Notes under the pieces: generated by a model
Database searches by the model: none
What the model saw: only the letters and a program-made list of their open reading frames with translations
Told to the model about the DNA's origin: nothing
Position numbers and translations under genes: made by a program
Assembly (NCBI RefSeq): GCF_002214745.2
Contig: NZ_CP016828.1
Source: Escherichia coli
Lineage (GTDB): Bacteria > Pseudomonadota > Gammaproteobacteria > Enterobacterales > Enterobacteriaceae
Direction: 5' to 3' (one strand)
Length of the DNA: 40,000 nt
Shown here: positions 9,351 through 18,613 of the stretch, piece by piece
Numbering within the stretch: the first letter of the stretch is position 1
Layout: each line of letters opens with the position of its first letter

Positions 9351-10106
9351 TTGAGTGCGGGACGCCTGAATAAAAAATCTCTGGGTATCGTGATGTTGTT
9401 ATCGGTTGGACTGCTTTTGGCGGGCTGTTCGGGTAGCAAATCATCCGATACAGGAACGTATTCCGGCTCCGTTTACACCGTGAAACGGGGGGATACGCTA
9501 TATCGTATTTCGCGCACCACGGGAACCAGCGTAAAAGAACTGGCGCGACTGAACGGCATTTCCCCCCCTTACACCATTGAAGTTGGTCAGAAACTAAAAC
9601 TGGGTGGGGCGAAAAGTAGCAGTAGTACACGTAAATCAACCGCCAAATCAACGACCAAAACCGCATCGGTTACACCGTCATCAGCGGTACCGAAATCTTC
9701 CTGGCCGCCAGTAGGGCAACGTTGTTGGTTATGGCCAACGACAGGGAAAGTTATCATGCCGTATTCGACAGCAGATGGCGGCAATAAAGGGATTGATATC
9801 TCAGCTCCACGGGGTACACCTATTTACGCCGCGGGTGCAGGAAAGGTGGTGTATGTGGGCAACCAGCTGCGTGGCTACGGTAATCTCATCATGATTAAAC
9901 ACAGTGAAGATTACATTACGGCTTACGCCCATAATGACACGATGCTGGTAAATAATGGGCAAAGCGTGAAGGCTGGGCAAAAAATCGCCACTATGGGGAG
10001 CACGGATGCGGCATCTGTTCGCCTGCATTTCCAGATTCGTTACCGTGCAACGGCAATTGATCCGCTACGTTACTTGCCGCCGCAGGGCAGCAAGCCAAAA
10101 TGCTGA
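9351..10106 (+). CDS. ygeR: LysM / M23-peptidase-domain lipoprotein YgeR
   Basis: A TTG start at 9351 follows the AGGAAAG RBS (9341-9347) and gives 251 aa. Features are a lipobox LLAGC, a LysM segment (YTVKRGDTLYRISRTTGTSVKELARLNG) and a C-terminal M23/LytM-like domain (GIDISAPRGTPIYAAGAGKVVY...AYAHN). Confidence 0.88.
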   Translation: MSAGRLNKKSLGIVMLLSVGLLLAGCSGSKSSDTGTYSGSVYTVKRGDTLYRISRTTGTSVKELARLNGISPPYTIEVGQKLKLGGAKSSSSTRKSTAKSTTKTASVTPSSAVPKSSWPPVGQRCWLWPTTGKVIMPYSTADGGNKGIDISAPRGTPIYAAGAGKVVYVGNQLRGYGNLIMIKHSEDYITAYAHNDTMLVNNGQSVKAGQKIATMGSTDAASVRLHFQIRYRATAIDPLRYLPPQGSKPKC

Positions 10107-10139
10107 TGGCGAATTAATCAGCAGTCAGCAGCGCGGCAC

Positions 10140-10167
10140 TTGCTAAGGAGAGCGTAAGGTTTATAAT
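10140..10167 (+). promoter_or_regulatory. Candidate sigma70 promoter of glyU
   Basis: TTGCTA (10140-10145), a 16-nt spacer, then TATAAT (10162-10167). The -10 ends about 18 nt before the mature tRNA 5' end. Confidence 0.55.
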
Positions 10168-10184
10168 GCCTTACGCATCTCGAA

Positions 10185-10258
10185 GCGGGCGTAGTTCAAT
10201 GGTAGAACGAGAGCTTCCCAAGCTCTATACGAGGGTTCGATTCCCTTCGCCCGCTCCA
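10185..10258 (+). tRNA. glyU: tRNA-Gly (anticodon CCC)
   Basis: The 74-nt sequence GCGGGCGTAGTTCAATGGTAGAACGAGAGCTTCCCAAGCTCTATACGAGGGTTCGATTCCCTTCGCCCGCTCCA has acceptor-stem pairing GCGGGCG/CGCCCGC, a T-loop GGTTCGATTCC, anticodon CCC at 10216-10218 and an encoded CCA. Confidence 0.95.
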
Positions 10259-10491
10259 ATTTATCTTCACCTGATCAATCTGCCATTTTTGCTGTATCTG
10301 ATTTTCTATATTATCTTAATTCAATCGCTTCAGACTTTTCGCAATCGCCGTAATACTTCCCCATTTTGTTGTAAATAAAAAGCGTTTACGCAATGCAATC
10401 CTTTTGTAACAACCCAGGTAAAACACCTTATTTTCGAGTTGTTAAATAAGTGGTTATCTACGCTTTTAACAAACGATTGATGGAATATTTT

Positions 10492-12102
10492 ATGAAAGGG
10501 AAATCTGCATTAACTCTTCTGCTCGCTGGTATATTTTCGTGCGGCACATGCCAGGCGACAGGGGCAGAAGTGACGAGTGAATCTGTATTTAACATTCTTA
10601 ATTCCACGGGGGCAGCAACAGATAAAAGTTATTTATCGTTAAATCCAGATAAGTATCCTAATTATCGTCTTTTGATTCACTCAGCCAAATTACAAAATGA
10701 AATAAAGAGCCACTATACCAAAGACGAAATTCAAGGATTGCTAACATTAACAGAAAACACACGAAAGTTAACGTTGACGGAGAAACCCTGGGGAACGTTT
10801 ATTCTTGCTTCTACTTTCGAAGATGACAAAACAGCGGCACAAACCCACTATGATGCTGTCTGGCTGAGGGATAGTTTATGGGGCTATATGGCATTAGTAT
10901 CAGATCAGGGAAATAGTGTAGCCGCAAAAAAGGTTCTGCTCACCCTGTGGGATTATATGTCTACGCCCGACCAGATTAAGCGGATGCAGGACGTCATTAG
11001 CAACCCCAAACGACTGGATGGAGTTCCCGGGCAAATGAATGTTGTGCATATCCGATTTGACAGCAACTCCCCCGTGATGGCAGATGTGCAGGAAGAAGGC
11101 AAGCCGCAGCTGTGGAACCATAAACAAAATGATGCGTTAGGTCTTTATCTTGATCTCCTTATACAAGCAATCGACACTGATACAATTAACGCTGAAGATT
11201 GGCAAAAAGGTGACCGATTAAAATCGGTTGCGCTGCTGATTGCTTATCTGGATAAAGCCAATTTCTATGTTATGGAAGATTCCGGAGCATGGGAAGAAGA
11301 TGCCCGATTAAACACATCTTCCGTTGCACTGGTGACCTCTGGACTGGAACGTTTGTCGAACTTACTCTCGAAGAAAGACTCTGTTTTTGTCTCTGATTTA
11401 CTACGCGAAGCTAAAGCCAATGAACTGGATGAACCTCTTTCAACAACGAGGTTGAACCACCTCATAGATAAAGGTTATGAAAGAATAACGTTACAGCTTG
11501 ATTTAGGGGGAGAATCCCCAGGTTATCTGGAAAAAGATAAACATTACAGAGAAGCCGATGCGGCTTTACTTAATGTTATTTATCCTGCAAATCTTGCAAA
11601 GATAAACACCAGAAGAAAAGAGCAGGTTCTAAAAATAGTTAAAAAACTAGCAGGTCCGTATGGTATAAAAAGATACGAGAAGGATAATTATCAGTCGGCA
11701 AATTTTTGGTTCAATGATATTAAAACCGATACCGATCAAAATTCACATGCGAAAAGAGAAAAGAGCTTCATTCCATCAACAGAAGCAGAATGGTTTTTTG
11801 ACTCATGGTATGCAAAATCAGCAGCAATTGTTTATAAAGAATCAAGAAAGGAAGAGTATTTGAATGACTCAGTGCAATTTATGAATAGATCATTGGCCCA
11901 AATAACAGGCGAGAATATGATTGGTGCAAATGGCAGGAGTGTACCTGAAATGGCACTTCCCGAAAGCTATAACTATATCCACAAGTCGGGAACTTTGCAT
12001 GAAGCGCCAAGCCCTATCATTCCGCTAAATTGGTCGAAAGCTTCAATGACTCTCATGTTGAAAGAGATGTCCAACCTTATCAATGATGAGGGAATTAAAT
12101 AG
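10492..12102 (+). CDS. ygeQ: Secreted glycoside hydrolase family 15 (glucoamylase-like) protein, apparently intact
   Basis: The ORF track starts at GTG 10450. I prefer ATG 10492, which gives a signal-peptide-like N-terminus (MKGKSALTLLLAGIFSCGTCQATG). GH15-type motifs are present: AVWLRDSLWG and EDSGAWEED. As I recall, K-12 keeps only a pseudogene fragment (ygeQ) at this position. Confidence 0.7.
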   Translation: MKGKSALTLLLAGIFSCGTCQATGAEVTSESVFNILNSTGAATDKSYLSLNPDKYPNYRLLIHSAKLQNEIKSHYTKDEIQGLLTLTENTRKLTLTEKPWGTFILASTFEDDKTAAQTHYDAVWLRDSLWGYMALVSDQGNSVAAKKVLLTLWDYMSTPDQIKRMQDVISNPKRLDGVPGQMNVVHIRFDSNSPVMADVQEEGKPQLWNHKQNDALGLYLDLLIQAIDTDTINAEDWQKGDRLKSVALLIAYLDKANFYVMEDSGAWEEDARLNTSSVALVTSGLERLSNLLSKKDSVFVSDLLREAKANELDEPLSTTRLNHLIDKGYERITLQLDLGGESPGYLEKDKHYREADAALLNVIYPANLAKINTRRKEQVLKIVKKLAGPYGIKRYEKDNYQSANFWFNDIKTDTDQNSHAKREKSFIPSTEAEWFFDSWYAKSAAIVYKESRKEEYLNDSVQFMNRSLAQITGENMIGANGRSVPEMALPESYNYIHKSGTLHEAPSPIIPLNWSKASMTLMLKEMSNLINDEGIK

Positions 12103-12233
12103 TTTTCATAATGAGTTACAGCACAACGTTGGGTATTGACTGAGCAAGATGAACGACAAGGACAACGACATCAGCCTTATGAGGAGCAAGAAAATGAAAG
12201 CAAATTCGAAAACGATCAGAAGGATGAAAGTTA

Positions 12234-13256
12234 ATGTTCGGTCTGAGGAAAGTAAATCGAAACACTCATACGTTTGAAACCACTTTTCAAAATTGGAAAG
12301 AAAATGGCGAAGATGTTGCATTATTAATGCCCGAATTTAGTGCTAAATGGTTACCGATAGCAGAAGAGAGTGGCAGCTGGTCTGGATGGGTATTGCTTGG
12401 AGAAATATTTCCCTTAATTTCATCTGAGCTCGCTGGGATGGCTTTAATGCCAGAAACGGAAAGGTTAATAGGGGAATGGCTCAGTTTATCCAGTTCCCCG
12501 TTAAATCTAAAGCATCCTGAACTAAAATATAATCGTTTGCACGTAGGTAAAGTATTTGATGGAGTATTGAGCCCTGCTCAACCACTAATAAGAATATGAA
12601 CAGGGGAATTGAATCTTTGGTTAGATAAAGTCACAGTCTGCCAATACGGAAACGCTCCAGTGTTAGACAAAAAATCATTATATTGGTCCATTCATTTTGT
12701 AATTGGATTTAGTAAAACATGTTACAGAAGTCTTGTTGATATTGAAGTTGGTGATGTTTTATTAATCTCAAATAATTTGGCTTATGCGGTTATTTATAAT
12801 ACAAAAATTTGTGATTTAATTTATCCAGAGGAGTTAAAAATGGCTGATCATTTTGAGTACGAGGAAGATTTTGAAACAGATGATTTTGATATCAAAAAAA
12901 ACGAGAGTGAGATTTATGATGAAAATGACGATCAGATGATTAATAGTTTTGAAGACTTGCCTGTAAAAATTGAGTTTGTTCTTGGTAAGAAAATAATGAA
13001 TCTATATGAAATAGACGAACTCTGTGTAAAAAGAATAATATCTCTGCTTCCTGAATCTGAGAAAAATATAGAAATACGTGTAAATGGCGCGCTAACTGGC
13101 TATGGCGAACTTGTTGAAGTGGATGATAAATTGGGCGTAGAGATTCATTCTTGGTTATCAGGGCATAATAATGTCAAATACCATTTCGCTGATAGCTATA
13201 CTAACATTATTTACACTATTGCCGTTTATAATAGCATCCGGGACATATTTTATTAA
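12234..13256 (+). pseudogene. epaO: epaO (SpaO/YscQ-family sorting-platform/C-ring protein) interrupted by an in-frame TGA
   Basis: ORFs 12234..12599 and 12609..13256 are in the same frame and are separated only by TGA at 12597-12599. The N-terminal part resembles the SpaO N-terminus. The C-terminal part carries the SpoA domain (LPVKIEFVLGKKIMNLYEIDEL...NGALTGYGELVEVDDKLGVEIHSWL). The 3' end overlaps epaP by 86 nt. Confidence 0.8.
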
Positions 13257-13836
13257 ATTCTCGATTGTTTTTGTTATTGTCCGAAACGCGCTGGGGCTTC
13301 AGCAAGTGCCATCAAATATGACACTTAATGGGGTTGCTTTGCTATTGTCAATGTTTGTAATGATGCCGGTTGGGACGGAAATATATTATAACAGTCAGAA
13401 TGAGAATCTTTCATTCAATAATGTAGCGTCGGTTGTTAATTTTGTTGAGACAGGCATGAGTGGTTATAAATCATATTTGATAAAATATTCTGAACCTGAG
13501 TTGGTTAGCTTTTTTGAAAAGATTCAGAAGGTGAATAGTTCTGAAGACAATGAAGAGATAATCGATGATGATAATATTTCAATTTTCTCGTTACTGCCCG
13601 CATATGCATTGAGTGAGATAAAAAGTGCATTTATTATAGGTTTTTATATCTATTTACCCTTTGTCGTAGTGGATCTGGTTATATCCAGCGTTCTGTTAAC
13701 GTTAGGTATGATGATGATGAGCCCGGTAATCATATCTACACCGATAAAATTAATTCTATTTGTCGCTATGGACGGTTGGACAATGTTATCAAAAGGACTC
13801 ATTTTACAATATTTTGACCTATCCATTAATCCCTGA
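13171..13836 (+). CDS. epaP: T3SS export apparatus protein EpaP (SpaP/SctR family)
   Basis: 221 aa. MSNTISLIAILTLFTLLPFIIASGTYFIKFSIVFVIVRNALGLQQVPSNMTLNGVALLLSMFVM is close to my recollection of the SpaP N-terminus. Confidence 0.92.
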   Translation: MSNTISLIAILTLFTLLPFIIASGTYFIKFSIVFVIVRNALGLQQVPSNMTLNGVALLLSMFVMMPVGTEIYYNSQNENLSFNNVASVVNFVETGMSGYKSYLIKYSEPELVSFFEKIQKVNSSEDNEEIIDDDNISIFSLLPAYALSEIKSAFIIGFYIYLPFVVVDLVISSVLLTLGMMMMSPVIISTPIKLILFVAMDGWTMLSKGLILQYFDLSINP

Positions 13837-13845
13837 GGAAAAAAT

Positions 13846-14106
13846 ATGAACGATATTGTTTTTGCAGGGAATAGGGCGCTGTATCTGATTTTAGTTATGT
13901 CTGCAGGACCTATCGCAGTTGCGACATTTGTTGGTTTATTGGTAGGGCTTTTTCAAACGGTAACACAGTTACAAGAACAGACGTTGCCATTTGGCGTCAA
14001 ATTATTATGCGTAAGTATTTGCTTTTTTTTAATGAGCGGATGGTATGGTGAAAAATTATATTCGTTTGGTATCGAAATGCTGAATTTAGCATTCGCGAGA
14101 GGATAG
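13846..14106 (+). CDS. epaQ: T3SS export apparatus protein EpaQ (SpaQ/SctS family)
   Basis: 86-aa two-TM protein of the same length as SpaQ, positioned between the P and R genes. Confidence 0.9.
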   Translation: MNDIVFAGNRALYLILVMSAGPIAVATFVGLLVGLFQTVTQLQEQTLPFGVKLLCVSICFFLMSGWYGEKLYSFGIEMLNLAFARG

Positions 14107-14107
14107 G

Positions 14108-14875
14108 ATGGAGGAGGCGATACTCTATCAGTTGCATAGTCTGCTGGCTGCTACAGCGCTCGGTTTTTGCCGATTGGCACCAACTTTCTATTTGTTACCA
14201 TTTTTCGCCAGTGGGAATATACCAACAGTAGTCCGTCATCCAATAATAATAGTGGTATCATGTGCATTATTTCAGCATTACCACTATGAATTATCGACCT
14301 TAAATGAAATCGATATCGCTTTGTTTGCTGCCAGAGAAATTATCATAGGGCTGTTCATTGCTTGCTTATTATCATCCCCGTTTTGGATTTTCCTTGCTAT
14401 AGGTAGTTTTATCGATAACCAACGTGGTGCAACGTTAAGTAGTACTTTGGATCCTGCTACTGGTGTCGATACTTCGGAATTAGCAAGATTATTTAACCTA
14501 TTCTCTGCAGCGGTTTATCTTACTAACGGTGGATTGAACTTTATTCTGGAAACTCTTTGGCAAAGTTATAATTTATGGCCTTCAGGCAATTTTAATTTTC
14601 CTAAATTAGAGCCTTTATTCTCATATATTAATAACATAATGACTCATACTATCGTTTACGCAAGCCCCGTGATTGCCGTTATGCTGGGCGGTGAGGCTGT
14701 CCTGGGATTGCTGGCACGTTATGCTTCACAACTAAATGCTTTTGCCATTTCACTGACTGTCAAAAGTGCGCTGGCATTTTTAATATTAATTATTTATTTT
14801 GGCCCAATACTGGCTGAACGAGTAATGCCGTTATCCTTTTTCCCAGAACAATTGCAACTATACATTGAGAAATAG
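14108..14875 (+). CDS. epaR: T3SS export apparatus protein EpaR (SpaR/SctT family), intact here
   Basis: 255-aa polytopic membrane protein. The N-terminus LLAATALGFCRLAPTFYLLPFF resembles SpaR. Its ATG lies 1 nt after the epaQ stop. Confidence 0.9.
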   Translation: MEEAILYQLHSLLAATALGFCRLAPTFYLLPFFASGNIPTVVRHPIIIVVSCALFQHYHYELSTLNEIDIALFAAREIIIGLFIACLLSSPFWIFLAIGSFIDNQRGATLSSTLDPATGVDTSELARLFNLFSAAVYLTNGGLNFILETLWQSYNLWPSGNFNFPKLEPLFSYINNIMTHTIVYASPVIAVMLGGEAVLGLLARYASQLNAFAISLTVKSALAFLILIIYFGPILAERVMPLSFFPEQLQLYIEK

Positions 14876-14883
14876 AGTGTTTC

Positions 14884-16044
<1,161 letters not shown>

Positions 16045-16105
16045 ACATCTGTCGTAGTCAGAAATTTATAAGAATCTACACGCAAAAACCGTGTAGATTC
16101 ATTAT

Positions 16106-16399
16106 TTAATGAGTTAAACGATCTTGTGAAATGACAAGCAATTGATACATACTCATCTCTTTATAAGCTGGAACTGTAGTAACCTGTGCAAATTCGCGAT
16201 ATAGCTTTTGCTCCAGTTCTGCTGAAGATATATATTCCGGGTGTTCGCTAAAGAACTGTCTTGCATCTACTATCGCTTGGGATTCGCCACTTCTTTTATT
16301 TTGATTCTCCTTTAATGAATTTTCTATGGTGCATGCAGAGAGCAACGATATCAGCGCGATGGTTATTATGATGTTACTATTATATCCTACTAATGACAT
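16106..16399 (-). CDS. Small putative lipoprotein, translationally coupled to etrA
   Basis: 97-aa ORF with a hydrophobic N-terminus ending in the lipobox LLSAC (IIITIALISLLSAC). Its ATG (16397-16399) directly abuts the etrA stop (16401-16403). The n-region has no Lys or Arg, so the signal peptide call is tentative. Confidence 0.55.
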   Translation of the reverse strand: MSLVGYNSNIIITIALISLLSACTIENSLKENQNKRSGESQAIVDARQFFSEHPEYISSAELEQKLYREFAQVTTVPAYKEMSMYQLLVISQDRLTH

Positions 16400-16400
16400 A

Positions 16401-16901
16401 TCAACTTTCTCTTACGCAAGATTGGAGTTTAAAATAATGTTTATCCCATTCACAGAGTGCTATAAACAACTCAACAGTACCTTTTATGTTAAGTTTATTT
16501 AGGGCTCTTATTTTGTGATATGATATTGTTTTATAATCAATTCCTTTAATAATGGCTATTTGTTTTAACGAGTAAGAAACACATAACCGCAGGATATCTA
16601 TCTCATCATGGGTAAGTGGTTCTTGTGTGGAATACACATTTTGTGTATGAAGATTCGAAATCAGGAAATGCGTTAAATCAGATAATGTAATATTCTTATT
16701 GATCCTGATGAAATTGTTGCTTAAAAGGATGTTTACAGGTTCTGTATTTGGATTGAGATTTCGATGTTGATGCTCATCAATAACAACGAACGAATGCCCA
16801 AGATCAACCAACGCAACTAAATCGCTGTAATATTCTTTTTGGGATGCTAATAATGCATTAGTGCCTACAGTGAAGTAGACATCACTGGAAAAGACTTGCA
16901 T
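16401..16901 (-). CDS. etrA: LuxR/GerE-type transcriptional regulator EtrA
   Basis: 166 aa with a C-terminal GerE-type HTH (LTHDEIDILRLCVSYSLKQIAIIKGIDYKTISYHKIRALNKLNI). It sits between epaS and eprH, as described for ETT2 etrA. Confidence 0.8.
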   Translation of the reverse strand: MQVFSSDVYFTVGTNALLASQKEYYSDLVALVDLGHSFVVIDEHQHRNLNPNTEPVNILLSNNFIRINKNITLSDLTHFLISNLHTQNVYSTQEPLTHDEIDILRLCVSYSLKQIAIIKGIDYKTISYHKIRALNKLNIKGTVELFIALCEWDKHYFKLQSCVRES

Positions 16902-17158
16902 ATGCCAACCTGTACTCTAAAATCATTTAGGGTAAATATTACGTGTAAAAGTTAAAATAAAAGTAATTGTTATATTTGCTTAACATTGAGGGAATAGGGT
17001 TTATACCTTAAATTGTAAATAAAGTTATGCATAGAGGCATTTAAAATAGTTCTCGAAATTATAATTTTTTTATTCTGTGTCATCATAATTTGGTCATGAT
17101 ATTTCCGTCTTGTTACACTACTCTAAACTAGAGCTTATGGAATTAGCGGGTGGTATTC

Positions 17159-18340
17159 ATGGAAAATAATGATAAATTCTTATCACAAGAATTATTGGAA
17201 TCTTATGCCATTCGTTTGTTGAGCGGACCATTGAATGGATGCGAGTATGAAATACTTAATGGGCGTCTACTTGTTATCATTGGTAATGATGTTTCGTTAG
17301 GAAGAAGTGATGCTTTTTCTGAGTTACCAGAAAACACAATAGTCGTTCCTTATGGCGAGCTTACAGGTAGTTTTGAGATAATAATTACTACCGACCCTGA
17401 TCTGGTAGTAACATTCAGAGAATTAACAGCACAAGAACCTGAAGATAGAACGTTAACATTGAATCAGCAAATAGAAGTTTTAGGTCTCAAATTTGCTGTA
17501 AAAGAAAAAAATGAAGTTTGGCAGTATTCATTGCCAGGCATTATTGAAAATAACATTATTTCTACAAAACAACATTTCTTTAGCAGTAAGCTGTTTAAGT
17601 ATGTAATGCTTTTTTTTCTTTTTGCTATCATTTTCATTGCTTTTTATATTGTTAATGCCAGTAATGATCCGCAGCTGAGACATATCGATAAAATTCTTGT
17701 AAACAAAAACAGGAATTATGAAATTTTATATGGTAGAGATCATGTTATCTATATTAATACCAATATTTTGGATGAAGCAGTCTGGGTCAAACAAGCACTG
17801 GAAAAAAATCAACCAGGAAAGCCAGTACGGGTGATAAATCCTGATGATGAATCGATACGAATTTTTTCATGGCTTGCTGATAATTTCCCTGATTTACAAT
17901 ATTTTAAACTTCAACTATTAGATGCCAGTAATCTAAGATTGACAGTGAGTAAGCAACGGAACGCTATCACACAGCAACTAATCGATAATCTTATTAAAGG
18001 ATTACTGCAAACTATGCCATATGCCAGCAATATAAGTATTGCGGTATTAGATGATAATGTATTGGAAAGTCAGGCTATTGAAACGTTGTCAGCGATAGGT
18101 CTTTCTTATGAAAAATATAAAACAGCTAACAATGTGTATTTCAATATCATTGGTACGTTAAGTGACAGTGAATTAAATAAAATTAATAACTATGTTGACG
18201 AATATTATAAACAATGGGGTAAACAATATGTAAGATTTAATGTGAATTTGAAAAATCAGGACACAAATAATAGTTCATTTAGCTACGGAGATAACCGATT
18301 CGAGAAGTCTCAAGGTAGCAACTGGACATTTCAGGAATAA
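17159..18340 (+). CDS. eprH: T3SS inner-membrane ring protein EprH (PrgH/SctD family)
   Basis: The ORF track starts at GTG 17150. ATG 17159 gives MENNDKFLS.... YAIRLLSGPLNGCEYEILNGRLLVIIGND parallels the PrgH N-terminal FHA-like domain. There is a central TM segment, and the size (about 393 aa) matches PrgH. Confidence 0.88.
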   Translation: MENNDKFLSQELLESYAIRLLSGPLNGCEYEILNGRLLVIIGNDVSLGRSDAFSELPENTIVVPYGELTGSFEIIITTDPDLVVTFRELTAQEPEDRTLTLNQQIEVLGLKFAVKEKNEVWQYSLPGIIENNIISTKQHFFSSKLFKYVMLFFLFAIIFIAFYIVNASNDPQLRHIDKILVNKNRNYEILYGRDHVIYINTNILDEAVWVKQALEKNQPGKPVRVINPDDESIRIFSWLADNFPDLQYFKLQLLDASNLRLTVSKQRNAITQQLIDNLIKGLLQTMPYASNISIAVLDDNVLESQAIETLSAIGLSYEKYKTANNVYFNIIGTLSDSELNKINNYVDEYYKQWGKQYVRFNVNLKNQDTNNSSFSYGDNRFEKSQGSNWTFQE

Positions 18341-18353
18341 TTGAGGAGGACTT

Positions 18354-18594
18354 ATGGCAGATTGGAATGGTTATATTATGGATATCAGCAATCAATTTGA
18401 TCAGGGCGTTGATGATCTGAACCAGCAAGTTGAAAAAGCGTTGGAGGATTTAGCCAACCAATCCCTCCGACACGAAATTTCTTGCCGAATATCAAAGTGC
18501 ATTAGCTGAGTATACATTATATCGAAATGCGCAATCTAACGTTGTAAAAGCGTATAAAGATCTTGATTCAGCAATCATACAAAACTTCCGCTAA
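18354..18594 (+). pseudogene. eprI: eprI (PrgI/SctF needle filament protein) with a frameshift
   Basis: ATG 18354 follows the GAGGAGGA RBS and gives MADWNGYIMDISNQFDQGVDDLNQQVEKALEDLANQ. Near 18460-18466 the PrgI-like sequence continues in another frame (PSDTKFLAEYQSALAEYTLYRNAQSNVVKAYKDLDSAIIQNFR, stop at 18592-18594). The original frame stops at 18507-18509. Confidence 0.85.
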
Positions 18595-18613
18595 ACTGGA
18601 TAAGGATTTTATT

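Noticed and set aside
9142-9354. 70-aa ORF in the xdhA-ygeR intergenic region
   Set aside because: It has no RBS and no recognisable fold. The region is better explained as the divergent promoter and enhancer region for xdhA and ygeR.
10166-10378. 70-aa ORF overlapping glyU
   Set aside because: It reads straight through the tRNA-Gly gene, so the tRNA explains the sequence.
12106-12321. 71-aa minus-strand ORF across the GH15-epaO junction
   Set aside because: Low-complexity Leu/Phe/Ser-rich translation of AT-rich DNA overlapping the epaO start, with no supporting signal.
12597-12599. The TGA in epaO as a selenocysteine or programmed-recoding site
   Set aside because: No SECIS-like stem-loop follows the codon, and the rest of the locus is full of ordinary inactivating lesions. 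A nonsense mutation is the simpler explanation.
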